DNA from: Archangiaceae bacterium
Lineage (GTDB): Bacteria; Myxococcota; Myxococcia; Myxococcales; Myxococcaceae
NCBI GenBank assembly: GCA_043750125.1
Contig: JAYVCD010000348.1
Span: forward strand, 1-23,465
Reading direction: 5' to 3'
DNA length: 23,465 bases
Shown here in pieces: positions 10,208 to 19,574 of the stretch. Both the position numbers and the translations under genes were made by a program. The notes beneath the pieces are model-generated. The model made no database searches and was not told where the DNA came from. It saw only the letters and a program-made list of their open reading frames with translations. Positions within the stretch are counted from its first letter, which is position 1. The number at the start of each line of letters is the position of its first letter.

Positions 10208-10675
10208 ATGAAAAGCCTCTCTCAAAAATCAAAATACGCCCTGCGCGCGCTGCAGCGGTTGGCCCGGGAAAAGGGTCGCGGTCCGGTGCTGATTGTCGAC
10301 CTCGCGAAGCGCGAAGAGATTCCGCGCAAGTTCCTCGAGTTCATCTTGCTCGAGCTGAAAAACCACGGCTTCTTGCGGAGCAAGCGAGGCAAGGGGGGCG
10401 GTTACGAGCTGCACAAAGAGCCCTCGCAGATTCTGTTGGGAGAGGTGATTCGGCTGTTCGACGGGCCGCTGGCCCCGCTGCCCTGCGCGAGCGAGCGCGC
10501 TTTTCGAAAGTGCGATGACTGCCACGACATCGAGACCTGCGGCACCCGGTTGGTGATGCGTGAAGTGCGCGATGCGATGGCGAAGATTCTCGACAACACC
10601 ACGCTCGCAGATCTCAACCGCCGGGTGGATCAGGCCGTGGGCGAGAAGGCGCGCGAAGCGATGTACTACATCTGA
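10208..10675 (+). CDS. Rrf2-family transcriptional regulator with four-Cys cluster
   Basis: LSQKSKYALRAL, IPRKFLEFILLELK, SKRGKGGGYEL; C-terminal PLPCAS..CDDC..ETC. Confidence 0.93.
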   Translation: MKSLSQKSKYALRALQRLAREKGRGPVLIVDLAKREEIPRKFLEFILLELKNHGFLRSKRGKGGGYELHKEPSQILLGEVIRLFDGPLAPLPCASERAFRKCDDCHDIETCGTRLVMREVRDAMAKILDNTTLADLNRRVDQAVGEKAREAMYYI

Positions 10676-10688
10676 TCCCAGGGACCCT

Positions 10689-10823
10689 TTGCCTACCCCC
10701 GAACCCGTTCCCCACGATGAGCCCGAAGACTTGAAAAAAATCCGCGAGGCCCTCGCCGGCCTGCGCTTCGAAAAAGTGAAGGTCGTCATCGAGGACGGAG
10801 TGGTGGTTCAAGTCGAACGCTGA
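10689..10823 (+). CDS. DUF2292/YezD (OscA-like) small protein, possibly C-terminally shortened
   Basis: TTG start after AGGGA; IREALAGLRFEKVKVVIEDGVVVQVER matches the recalled family pattern AL..LRFG.V....DG.VVQIER. Position ahead of sulfate uptake genes is typical. Confidence 0.7.
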   Translation: MPTPEPVPHDEPEDLKKIREALAGLRFEKVKVVIEDGVVVQVER

Positions 10824-10887
10824 CCCGACAACGGGCAGTCATTCAACGACCCTTTTTTGCAGGTGAGCCGACCGGTCAACCGGAGGT
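10819..10887 (+). repeat. Two tandem 21-nt hairpin repeats (putative cis-regulatory RNA)
   Basis: GCTGACCCGACAACGGGCAGT (10819-10839) and GCCGACCGGTCAACCGGAGGT (10867-10887); same fold with compensatory base changes. Confidence 0.65.
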
Positions 10888-10910
10888 GACCCCCACCGCC
10901 GGAGCTCTGT

Positions 10911-11278
10911 GTGTCTCGTTCCCTGATCGCCCTCGCTGTCCTCTCTTCATTCGCCGTCGCAGCGCAGCAAGCCGCTTCCGACTCACCCGAACAAATGGCC
11001 CAACGCCTCGAAGAGCTCGAGCAGGCCCACCGGATCCTCGATAGGAAGCTCGAGACCACGACGCGTTCATCGCCGAGCTCGCAAGCCTTGCGGTCTCGGC
11101 AGAGCGCGCCACCTCCTTCGGTCTGGGGGTGAACTGGTTCTTGAATCGCAACGCGAAGGTGAGCCTCGACTACGAGCGCTCCTGGTTCATCGGAGGTGCC
11201 GTCCCGATTCCTCTCGAGCAGTGGGCCAATCGCCCTGCTGAAAATGCTGTCTTTGGCCGCCTGCAGGTGGCCTTTTGA
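10911..11278 (+). pseudogene. OprO/OprP-like anion porin pseudogene with large internal deletion and frameshift
   Basis: First frame from GTG 10911: signal peptide plus coiled coil ..QRLEELEQAHRILDRKLE. The -1 frame 11054-11278 reads [56 protein letters not shown], a porin C-terminus. The central barrel is absent. Confidence 0.8.
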
Positions 11279-11304
11279 ACCCCCGGATTTCGAGGACCCA
11301 ACCG

Positions 11305-12300
11305 ATGAAGACCCTTCTTGCCCTGCTTGCTTCGCTGTCTCTGACCAGCTCCGCGCTCGCCCAGCGGGCGCTGTTGAACGTCTCGTACGACCCGACCCGC
11401 GAGCTGTACCAGGACCTTAACGCCGCCTTCGCGAAAGCCTGGCAGGCGCAGGGCGGGAAGGAAGTCACGATCAACCAATCGCACGGCGGCTCGGGGAAAC
11501 AGGCCCGCTCGGTGATCGACGGGCTCGAGGCCGACGTGGTCACGCTGGCGCTCGCCTACGACATCGACGCGATTGCCGAGAAGGGAAAGCTGCTCCCCGC
11601 CGACTGGCAGAGCCGCTTGCCGAACAACTCGACCCCCTACACCTCGACGGTGGTCTTCGTGGTTCGCAAGGGCAACCCGAAGAAAATCAAAGACTGGGAC
11701 GACCTGGTGAAGCCGGGGGTGCTCGTCATCACTCCCAACCCGAAGACGTCGGGCGGAGCGCGCTGGAACTACCTTGCCGCGTGGGCCTACGCCCTGAAGC
11801 GCACGGGCGGCGACGAGGCGAAGGCGAAAGACTTTGTCTCGAAGCTGTACCTCAATGTGCCGGTGCTCGATTCCGGAGCCCGCGGGTCGACCACCACTTT
11901 CGCCCAGCGCCGCATCGGGCACGTGCTGATCGCCTGGGAAAACGAGGCGCTGCTGTTGGTCAACGAGCTCGCCAAAGGCCAATTCGAAATCGTCTCACCC
12001 TCGCTGAGCATTTTGGCCGAGCCCCCGGTGAGCGTCGTCGACAAGAACGTCGACAAGCACAAGACTCGCGCGGTGGCCGAGGCGTATTTGAAATACCTGT
12101 ACACCGACGAGGCGCAGGACATCGCCGCGCGCCGCTACTACCGACCGCGAAACGAAAAAGTGTTCGCCAAATACGCCGACAGATTCCCGAAGCTGAACCT
12201 GGTCACCATCGACGAAGCTTTTGGCGGGTGGAAAAAAGCGCAGAAGGCGCATTTCGACGACAACGGCGTCTTCGATCAGATCTACACCGCAGGTAAGTGA
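11305..12300 (+). CDS. sbp: Sulfate/thiosulfate ABC transporter substrate-binding protein
   Basis: [44 protein letters not shown] 11305 after GAGGA. Confidence 0.96.
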   Translation: MKTLLALLASLSLTSSALAQRALLNVSYDPTRELYQDLNAAFAKAWQAQGGKEVTINQSHGGSGKQARSVIDGLEADVVTLALAYDIDAIAEKGKLLPADWQSRLPNNSTPYTSTVVFVVRKGNPKKIKDWDDLVKPGVLVITPNPKTSGGARWNYLAAWAYALKRTGGDEAKAKDFVSKLYLNVPVLDSGARGSTTTFAQRRIGHVLIAWENEALLLVNELAKGQFEIVSPSLSILAEPPVSVVDKNVDKHKTRAVAEAYLKYLYTDEAQDIAARRYYRPRNEKVFAKYADRFPKLNLVTIDEAFGGWKKAQKAHFDDNGVFDQIYTAGK

Positions 12301-13145
12301 GCAGCCTCGCATCCACCGCCTGGGTCCCTTTTGCGCGCCGGCGTGGGGTGCTGCCCGGGTACCGGCTCGCGTTGGGCTTCGTGCTGCTGTACCTGTCGCT
12401 GATCGTCCTGTTGCCACTGGCAGCGCTGGTGCTGCGCACTTCGTCCCTGACCTGGGGCGAGTTCGTCAGCGCGGTCACCGGGCCCCGTGCGTTGGCCGCC
12501 TACCGGCTGTCGTTCGGGGCCTCGCTGCTCGGCGCGATTCTCAACGTGCTGTTCGGGGTGCCGGTCGCCTGGGTGCTGGCCCGGTACCGCTTCCCCGGCC
12601 GGGCGGTGATGGACGCGGTGGTCGACCTGCCCTTCGCCCTTCCCACCGCGGTCGCCGGGATCGCGCTGACTTCGGTCTACGCCGAGAACGGTTGGGTGGG
12701 GCAGTTCCTCGAGCCGCTGGGGATTCAGGTGGCGTTTGGCCGACTGGGAGTGGTGCTCGCGCTGACCTTCGTCGGTTTCCCTTTCGTGGTCCGAACGGTT
12801 CAACCGGTGATCGAAGATTTGGACCCTCAGGTCGAGGAAGCGGCCGCGGTGCTGGGGGCCAGCCGGTTTCGAACCATCGTGAGCATCATCCTCCCCAAGC
12901 TCTACCCGGCGATTCTCACCGGGTTCGCGCTGTCGTTCGCGCGCGGGCTGGGCGAGTACGGGTCGGTGGTCTTCATCTCGGGCAACATGCCGCTGCGCAC
13001 CGAGATCGTGCCCCTGCTGATTGTCACCAAGCTCGAGCAGTTCGACTATGGCGGAGCCACCGCGCTGGCGAGCGTGATGCTCGTCGCTTCGTTCTTCATT
13101 CTGCTGGGGATCAACGGGCTGCAGCGCAAGCGAGGCCGAAAGTGA
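12297..13145 (+). CDS. cysT: Sulfate ABC transporter permease CysT (CysU)
   Basis: [48 protein letters not shown]. Confidence 0.95.
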   Translation: MSSLASTAWVPFARRRGVLPGYRLALGFVLLYLSLIVLLPLAALVLRTSSLTWGEFVSAVTGPRALAAYRLSFGASLLGAILNVLFGVPVAWVLARYRFPGRAVMDAVVDLPFALPTAVAGIALTSVYAENGWVGQFLEPLGIQVAFGRLGVVLALTFVGFPFVVRTVQPVIEDLDPQVEEAAAVLGASRFRTIVSIILPKLYPAILTGFALSFARGLGEYGSVVFISGNMPLRTEIVPLLIVTKLEQFDYGGATALASVMLVASFFILLGINGLQRKRGRK

Positions 13146-13984
13146 ACGCCCGCATTCGGCGCCTCTCGCCCGGGCTGCGGGCTCCGATTGCACTTCGGGT
13201 GCTGATGATTTCCGGCACTGCCCTCTTCCTCGCAGTCTTCATCGGAATTCCGCTGCTGTCGGTGTTCGTCCAGGCCTTCGAGAAGGGCGGCACCGCGTAC
13301 CTGGCGGCCATCTTCGACAAAGAGACGCTCGCGGCGGTGCGCCTGACGTTGGTGACCGCGGGGGTCTCGGTCAGTCTCAACGTCGTCTTCGGCGTCGCGG
13401 CCGCCTGGGTGATCGCGAAGTACGACTTCTTCGGAAAGGGCCTGCTCAACGCGCTGATTGACCTTCCGTTCAGCGTCTCGCCGGTCATCTCGGGGTTGAT
13501 CTTCGTGCTGCTGTTCGGAGCGCACGGGGTCTTCGGCGCGTGGCTCTCGGCGCACGAGGTGAAGATCATCTTCGCGGTGCCCGGGATCATCATGGCGACG
13601 ACCTTCGTCACCTTTCCGTTCGTCGCCAAAGAAGTGCTGCCGTTGATGCAGAGCCAGGGCAACGATGCCGAGGAAGCCGCGCTCACGCTCGGAGCCAGCG
13701 GCTGGCAGGTGTTCTTCCTCGTCACCTTGCCGAAAATCAAATGGGGCCTGCTGTACGGAGTCATCTTGTGCAACGCCCGCGCGATGGGAGAGTTCGGTGC
13801 GGTGTCGGTGGTTTCCGGCCACGTGCGCGGGTTGACGAACACCCTGCCGCTGCACATCGAGATTCTGTACAACGAGTACAACTTCGTCGGCGCCTTCGCG
13901 GTCGCTTCGTTGTTGACGCTGCTGGCGTTGGTGACGCTGGCGGTGCGAAAGCTGATTGAAGCCAGGCAGGCGGGGGCAGCGTGA
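13142..13984 (+). CDS. cysW: Sulfate ABC transporter permease CysW
   Basis: DLPFSVSPVISGL, EEAALTLGA, LCNARAMGEFGAVSVVSG. GTG 13142 overlaps the cysT stop (GTGA). Confidence 0.95.
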   Translation: MNARIRRLSPGLRAPIALRVLMISGTALFLAVFIGIPLLSVFVQAFEKGGTAYLAAIFDKETLAAVRLTLVTAGVSVSLNVVFGVAAAWVIAKYDFFGKGLLNALIDLPFSVSPVISGLIFVLLFGAHGVFGAWLSAHEVKIIFAVPGIIMATTFVTFPFVAKEVLPLMQSQGNDAEEAALTLGASGWQVFFLVTLPKIKWGLLYGVILCNARAMGEFGAVSVVSGHVRGLTNTLPLHIEILYNEYNFVGAFAVASLLTLLALVTLAVRKLIEARQAGAA

Positions 13985-15045
13985 GCGTCGCGGTGAAAGG
14001 CTTGAAGAAACGCTTTGTCGCCGGGGACCTGCCGGCGGTCGAAGACGTTTCGTTCATCGCTCCGACGGGAGCGATTACTTCGCTGCTCGGCCCCTCGGGC
14101 TCGGGCAAGACCACCGTGCTGCGAATGATCGCCGGCCTCGAAGAGCCGGACTCGGGCTCGGTCAGCATCGAAGGGCTCGACTGCACCCAGACGGCCGTTC
14201 AGCGCCGGGGGGTAGGGTTCGTCTTTCAGGGCTACGCGCTGTTCGAGCACCTCGACGTGCGCGGCAACATCGGCTTCGGGCTCAAGATTCAAAAAGTACT
14301 CAAGGCGGCGAGCGACGAGCGGGTCGACGAGCTGTTGCTGCTGGTCGGGCTCAAAGACCTGGGCAAGAGGCTTCCCTCGCAGCTGTCCGGTGGGCAGCGC
14401 CAGCGAATGGCCTTCGCCCGCGCGCTGGCGACCAAACCCCGGATGCTGCTGCTCGACGAGCCGTTTAACGCGCTGGACACCCGGGTGCGACTCGAGCTGC
14501 GCGATTGGTTGGGCGAGCTCAACTCGAAGACCCACGTCACCACGCTGCTGGTCACGCACGACCAGGACGAGGCGCTCGAGCTGTCGCAGCAGGTGATCGT
14601 GATGAACGAGGGCAAGGTCGCGCAGGCCGGCGCGCCGAATCACATCTACGACAACCCAGCGTCCCCCTTCATCGCGTCATTCATCGGCAACGCCAACATC
14701 CTCAAAGGGAAGGTGCACGCCGGCTTGACCGCTGTGGGCTCGATGTCGGTCGCCACCCCGCTCGGAGCGGCCGACGGCACTGCGGTCAACGCGTTCGTGC
14801 GGCCGAACGAAGTGAAGCTCTCGAAGGCCGTCGACGGCGCGGGAGGCTCGCTGTCGATGGCCCGGGTCGAAGCGGTGTTGCGGGTGGGCGGAAATGTTCG
14901 GGTCAATCTGCGGTTGCCCTCGGACGAGCGAATGACGGTTCACCTTCGAACCTCTGAGCTCGAAGCCCTGGGCGTCGGCGAGGGCGATCGGGTGCTGGTC
15001 GATATTGGGAGCGCCAAAGTGTTCGTGGGAGATTATTCGATATGA
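13981..15045 (+). CDS. cysA: Sulfate ABC transporter ATP-binding protein
   Basis: GPSGSGKTT, LSGGQRQR, LLLDEP, VTHDQDEA; C-terminal TOBE-like region. Confidence 0.95.
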   Translation: MSVAVKGLKKRFVAGDLPAVEDVSFIAPTGAITSLLGPSGSGKTTVLRMIAGLEEPDSGSVSIEGLDCTQTAVQRRGVGFVFQGYALFEHLDVRGNIGFGLKIQKVLKAASDERVDELLLLVGLKDLGKRLPSQLSGGQRQRMAFARALATKPRMLLLDEPFNALDTRVRLELRDWLGELNSKTHVTTLLVTHDQDEALELSQQVIVMNEGKVAQAGAPNHIYDNPASPFIASFIGNANILKGKVHAGLTAVGSMSVATPLGAADGTAVNAFVRPNEVKLSKAVDGAGGSLSMARVEAVLRVGGNVRVNLRLPSDERMTVHLRTSELEALGVGEGDRVLVDIGSAKVFVGDYSI

Positions 15046-15980
15046 TTTTTCGCTCAGTCCTCGAGACGGTGGGACGCACGCCTCTGGTCGAATTGCGCCG
15101 GATGGGAGCTGGGCTGCCCGGTCGCATCGTCGCCAAGCTCGAAGCCCGAAACCCCGGCGGCAGCGTGAAAGACCGCATCGGCCTGGCGATGATTGAAGCG
15201 GCCGAGAAGGACGGTCGGATGAAGCCCGGAGCGACCATCATCGAAGCCACCAGCGGCAACACCGGCATCGCGCTGGCCTTCGTCGCCGCGGCCAAGGGCT
15301 ACAAGTTGATCGTCACGATGCCCGAGACGATGTCGAAGGAACGGGTCTCGCTGCTGCGCTACCTCGGGGCGGAAGTCGTTTTGACCCCGGGTGAGAAGCT
15401 GATGCGTGGCGCGGTCGATGCCGCCACCGAGCTGCTGGCGAAGACTCCGGGCGCGGTGATGCTCGGGCAGTTCACCAACCCGGCGAACCCCGAAGTGCAT
15501 CGGAAGACCACCGCTCCGGAAATCTGGGAACAGACCGATGGGCTGATCGACGTCTTCGTCGCCGGGGTCGGCACCGGGGGCACCATCACCGGAGTGGGCG
15601 AAGAGCTGAAGAAGCGCCGCCCGTCGTTGAAGGTGATCGCGGTCGAGCCGGCGAAGTGCGCGGTGTTGTCGGGGGGCGCTCCGGCGCATCACCTGATTCA
15701 GGGCATTGGGGCCGGCTTCGTGCCCCAGATTTTGAATCGGTCGATCATCGACGAGATCCTCACCTCGACCGAAGACGAGGCGTTCGAGAACGCGCGACGG
15801 CTGGCGCGGGAAGAAGGAATCTCTTCTGGAATTTCGGCGGGCGCGGCGGTGGCGGCGGCGCTGAAGATCGCGGCGCGCGACGAGCTGAAAGGAAAGCTGA
15901 TCGTGGTGATGCTGCCGGACGGCGGCGAGCGGTACGTGACCACTCCGCTGATGGAAGAGCTGGCGCGCGCGAAGACTTAG
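15042..15980 (+). CDS. cysK: Cysteine synthase A (O-acetylserine sulfhydrylase)
   Basis: NPGGSVKDRIG (PLP Lys), ATSGNTG, GVGTGGT, IQGIGAGF, DGGERY. Confidence 0.96.
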   Translation: MIFRSVLETVGRTPLVELRRMGAGLPGRIVAKLEARNPGGSVKDRIGLAMIEAAEKDGRMKPGATIIEATSGNTGIALAFVAAAKGYKLIVTMPETMSKERVSLLRYLGAEVVLTPGEKLMRGAVDAATELLAKTPGAVMLGQFTNPANPEVHRKTTAPEIWEQTDGLIDVFVAGVGTGGTITGVGEELKKRRPSLKVIAVEPAKCAVLSGGAPAHHLIQGIGAGFVPQILNRSIIDEILTSTEDEAFENARRLAREEGISSGISAGAAVAAALKIAARDELKGKLIVVMLPDGGERYVTTPLMEELARAKT

Positions 15981-17344
15981 TCCGGCACGAGGGTGGGGTC
16001 GACGAGCTGAATGTTGCGCCACGCCCCGGTGCGAAAGCGCAAACCCAGCACCGCACCGAGAATGGCCAGATAGCCAATCAGCCAGAGCATCGCGCCCACA
16101 TCGCCGCCTCCGCAGTACTTCACGGTGATGTAGCTGCCCGGCACGAACACCAGCCAGGCGATCGCCAGTCGGGCCCAAAGGGTGAACGCGGTGTCGCCCG
16201 CCGCGCGCAGCGATTCGGCGAAGGTGTTGACCGCGGCGTCGAACAGGCCCCAACCGGCCGACAGCATCAACAGCCGCTTTCCGATCGCGAGGAACTCGGT
16301 CGCGCCGGCGTCCGTCGCAAACGGCAGCATCAGCAGCGTCGGAAGGGTGAGGTACGAGATGCCGACCAGCGTTTCCCACGACGCGCCGGCGATGAAGGAG
16401 AGTTTTACGATTCGCGGCACCTCGTGCTTCGCACCGGCCCCGATGGCTTGACCGGTGAGGATCGCCCCTGCGCTCGCCAACGCGAAGGCCGGCATGAACG
16501 AGACACTGCTGATCTGCAGCACCGACATCATCGCGGCGAGCGCCGTCGTCCCCAGCCCGGCGACGACGATGTTGATGAAGAAGTTGAACGCGAAGAATTC
16601 GATGAACCAGTTGAGGCCCGACGGAATGCCGAACTTCAACATTCGCCAGAACTCGAGCAGCTTCAGCGCAGGGACCACGACTCCGACTTTCCTTCCCTGC
16701 ACCAGGAAGTAGATCAGAAAGCCGGCGAACGCGATCCACGTTGCCAGCGCGCTGGCGAGTGCGGACCCCGCGACTCCCATCGCCGGAAGACCGAAGCGGC
16801 CGTTGATGAAGATGATGTTTCCAATCACGTTGAGCACCATCGCCGAGATGCTGGAAATCATCGGCAGGCGGGTCTGGCCCAGGCCGCCGTAATAATTGGC
16901 CAGCGCCTCGATTCCGATGGCCGCTCCACCCGAGAGCAGCCGAATGCAGAGGTAGTCGACCATCATCGTGCGCACCTGCGGCGCGTAGTCGAGCTGGGCC
17001 AGCAGCGGGGCCACCGCGAGCACGCCGAGCATGCACACCGCCTGGGTCAGGGCCGCCACCCCGAGCCCGTAGAAGCCATAGCGCCGCGCCCCGGCCAGAT
17101 CTCCTTTCCCGAACAGCTGGGACGAGAAGCTCGAGACGATGAAGCAGACCCCCATCGGCATGATCAAAATCATGAAGGTGTTGAGACCCCCGGTGGTGGC
17201 CGCAGCGACCGCACCCTCGCCGAGGTGGGAAACGAGGATCGCGTCCGAAACGCCGACCACCACCTGGCTCGAGCGCGAGATGACGATCGGCCACGCCAGC
17301 AGCAGCAGCGCTTTGAGCGAAGGGGTGGGACGGACGGGGGGCAT
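15977..17344 (-). CDS. MATE-family efflux transporter
   Basis: LLLLAWPIVIS..D..LVSHLG..AVAA, GLGQTRLPM, LRAAGDT; many hydrophobic segments in a duplicated layout. Confidence 0.9.
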   Translation of the reverse strand: MPPVRPTPSLKALLLLAWPIVISRSSQVVVGVSDAILVSHLGEGAVAAATTGGLNTFMILIMPMGVCFIVSSFSSQLFGKGDLAGARRYGFYGLGVAALTQAVCMLGVLAVAPLLAQLDYAPQVRTMMVDYLCIRLLSGGAAIGIEALANYYGGLGQTRLPMISSISAMVLNVIGNIIFINGRFGLPAMGVAGSALASALATWIAFAGFLIYFLVQGRKVGVVVPALKLLEFWRMLKFGIPSGLNWFIEFFAFNFFINIVVAGLGTTALAAMMSVLQISSVSFMPAFALASAGAILTGQAIGAGAKHEVPRIVKLSFIAGASWETLVGISYLTLPTLLMLPFATDAGATEFLAIGKRLLMLSAGWGLFDAAVNTFAESLRAAGDTAFTLWARLAIAWLVFVPGSYITVKYCGGGDVGAMLWLIGYLAILGAVLGLRFRTGAWRNIQLVDPTLVPD

Positions 17345-17359
17345 GGACCAGGACGGCTT

Positions 17360-18085
17360 TTAGCGAAACTCTTCGGTGCGCAGCTCGTAGTCCAGCTGCA
17401 CCAGGCCGCCGTCGCGGTGGACCTCGAGCCGAGCGGTGGTGTTGGTGTCGACCAGCGCGAGAGAATAGGCCTGCGCCGTGGTGCCGCCTCCTCCGTCGGC
17501 CTTCCGGGTGGGCTCGTAGCCTTCGGGGTACGCCTCGACCCGCCAGCTGCCGTGGGTGTTGAGCTCGACCATCTGCCAGGCGAGGTAGCCGGCGCGCCAG
17601 CCGGGCGAGTCGTAGAGCAGCGTCATCCGAAAGCGTTCATCGATGACCTTCGCGCCTGGAAGTCTGGGAAACCAGATCGCCAGTTGCTCGGTGGTCATGG
17701 TCACCGGGGCGTTGAGCAGCTTGCCTACGTCGGCCTCGACCAGCGGAAGGGAAAGGACCAGCTGGTTGCCTTCGATGTGAAGCGAGTACGGGGCTCGAGT
17801 GGCGCTCAGAGATCCACCGTCGACCACCACGACAAATTCGTTCTTCTTCACGCTCAGCAGAACATCCCCGTCGAGCGGCACTTTTCGGTCCACCGTGCGC
17901 ACCAGCGCGTAGCTGCCCTCGACGACCTGCGCTCCGCGAAACTCGGGGTAGATGGTGAAGAGCGCGGTCTTCACGTCGGTCGAGCGGTGAATGCGAGTCC
18001 CCGCGTCGGGTGGAATCGGGCGGGGACCCTCACACCGGCTGCAGCCCGTCGCCGCCAGCAGCAGCAGTCCGACCCAATGTCTCAT
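17360..18085 (-). CDS. Hypothetical lipoprotein
   Basis: MRHWVGLLLLAATG-C lipobox; ATG 18085 overlaps the glpK stop (ATGA). Confidence 0.7.
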   Translation of the reverse strand: MRHWVGLLLLAATGCSRCEGPRPIPPDAGTRIHRSTDVKTALFTIYPEFRGAQVVEGSYALVRTVDRKVPLDGDVLLSVKKNEFVVVVDGGSLSATRAPYSLHIEGNQLVLSLPLVEADVGKLLNAPVTMTTEQLAIWFPRLPGAKVIDERFRMTLLYDSPGWRAGYLAWQMVELNTHGSWRVEAYPEGYEPTRKADGGGGTTAQAYSLALVDTNTTARLEVHRDGGLVQLDYELRTEEFR

Positions 18086-19563
18086 GCGCGTTTGACCGCG
18101 TCGCGCCACTTGCTCAGGTGCTGCGCCCGCACCTCGGGCGACATCTTCGGCTTGAAGATCTTCTCTGCCTTCCAGGACTTTCGAATCTGCTCAGGCGAAT
18201 GCCAGAAGCCGACTCCCAGACCGGCGAGAAATGCGGCGCCCAGGCTGGTGGTTTCCGAGTTCTTCGGGCGGACGACCGGCGTGCCCAGAATGTCGGCTTG
18301 AAACTGCATCAGCAGGTCATTGTGCACCGCTCCGCCGTCGACCTTGAAAGCGGGAATGTCGCGCCCGCTGTCCAGACGCATCGCGTCGGCGAGCTCGAAA
18401 ATCTGCAGCGCCATTCCTTCGAGCACCGCCCGCGCGAGGTGCGCAGCGGTCGTCGATCGGTCGAGGCCGGCGAAGAGGCCCCGGGCTTCGGGCCGCCAGT
18501 GCGGAGCGCCCAGGCCCGCCAGCGCCGGGACGAAGACCACCGCTCCGGTGTCTTTGACCTTCGAGGCGAGCTTCTCGATGTCGGAGGCCTTCTTGATCAA
18601 CCCCAGGCCATCGCGCAGCCATTGCACTGCCGCGCCGGCGATGAACGCGCTGCCTTCGAGCGCGTAAGTGGTTTGAGCTCCAACCTTCCAGGCGACCGTC
18701 GACAGCAGGCCGGCCTTCGATTCGACCGGGGTTTCGCCCACGTTCATCAGCAGGAAAGCGCCGGTGCCGTAGGTACACTTGGCCTCGCCGGGCGCGAAGC
18801 ACGCCTGGCCGAACAGCGCCGCCTGCTGGTCCCCCGCCATTCCTGCGATGGGAATTCCGTCGGGCAGCGACTTCATTCCGCGGGTCACCCCGTAGACCTC
18901 GGACGACGCCGCGATGCGCGGAAGGATCGCCCCGGGAACTCCAAACAGGCTGAGCATCCCCTCGTCCCACTGCAACGAGCGCAGGTTCATCAGCAGGGTG
19001 CGGCTGGCGTTCGAGACATCGGTGACGTGCGCGGCGTGGCCGGTCAGCTTGAAGACCAACCAGGAATCGATGGTGCCAAAACAGAGGTTACCGGCCTCGG
19101 CCTGTCGGGTTGCGCCCTTCACGTGGTCGAGCAGCCAGCGCACCTTGGTGGCCGAGAAGTAGGGGTCGAGCACCAGCCCGGTCGTCTTGCGCACCCGCGC
19201 CTCTTCCCCGCGGGCCTTCAATTCCGCGCAGAGCTCGGACGTGCGGCGGTCCTGCCAGACGATCGCCTTGTGAATCGGCTTGCCGGCTCGAGTCCACAGG
19301 GCGGTCGTCTCGCGCTGGTTGGTGATTCCAATCGCCGCCAGCTCGGTCGCTTTGATTCCGGCTTTGCGCAGCGCCTTCTCGAGGGTGGCCTCGACCGACT
19401 TCCAGATTTCCTCGAGGTCGTGCTCGACCCAGCCGGGCTTGGGAAAGAACTGGGTGAACTCGCGGTACGCCCGGCCGACCACCTTCACTTTGGCGTCGAC
19501 CACGCTGACGTGGGTGCCAGTGGTCCCCTGGTCGATCGACAGCACGTAGCGGGCTTTGGACAT
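18082..19563 (-). CDS. glpK: Glycerol kinase
   Basis: IDQGTTG, GITNQRET, IVWQDRRT, DPYFSATK, GDQQAALFGQ, KCTYGTG. Confidence 0.97.
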   Translation of the reverse strand: MSKARYVLSIDQGTTGTHVSVVDAKVKVVGRAYREFTQFFPKPGWVEHDLEEIWKSVEATLEKALRKAGIKATELAAIGITNQRETTALWTRAGKPIHKAIVWQDRRTSELCAELKARGEEARVRKTTGLVLDPYFSATKVRWLLDHVKGATRQAEAGNLCFGTIDSWLVFKLTGHAAHVTDVSNASRTLLMNLRSLQWDEGMLSLFGVPGAILPRIAASSEVYGVTRGMKSLPDGIPIAGMAGDQQAALFGQACFAPGEAKCTYGTGAFLLMNVGETPVESKAGLLSTVAWKVGAQTTYALEGSAFIAGAAVQWLRDGLGLIKKASDIEKLASKVKDTGAVVFVPALAGLGAPHWRPEARGLFAGLDRSTTAAHLARAVLEGMALQIFELADAMRLDSGRDIPAFKVDGGAVHNDLLMQFQADILGTPVVRPKNSETTSLGAAFLAGLGVGFWHSPEQIRKSWKAEKIFKPKMSPEVRAQHLSKWRDAVKRA

Positions 19564-19574
19564 GGGCGGGTCGT

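Noticed and set aside
10511-10525. CDDCH heme c-like motif in the Rrf2 protein
   Set aside because: Cytoplasmic DNA-binding protein with no signal peptide; the Cys residues are better explained as Fe-S or metal ligands.
11040-11070. Programmed -1 frameshift restoring the porin
   Set aside because: No slippery heptamer, and the fused product (~120 aa) would be far too short for an OprO/P barrel.
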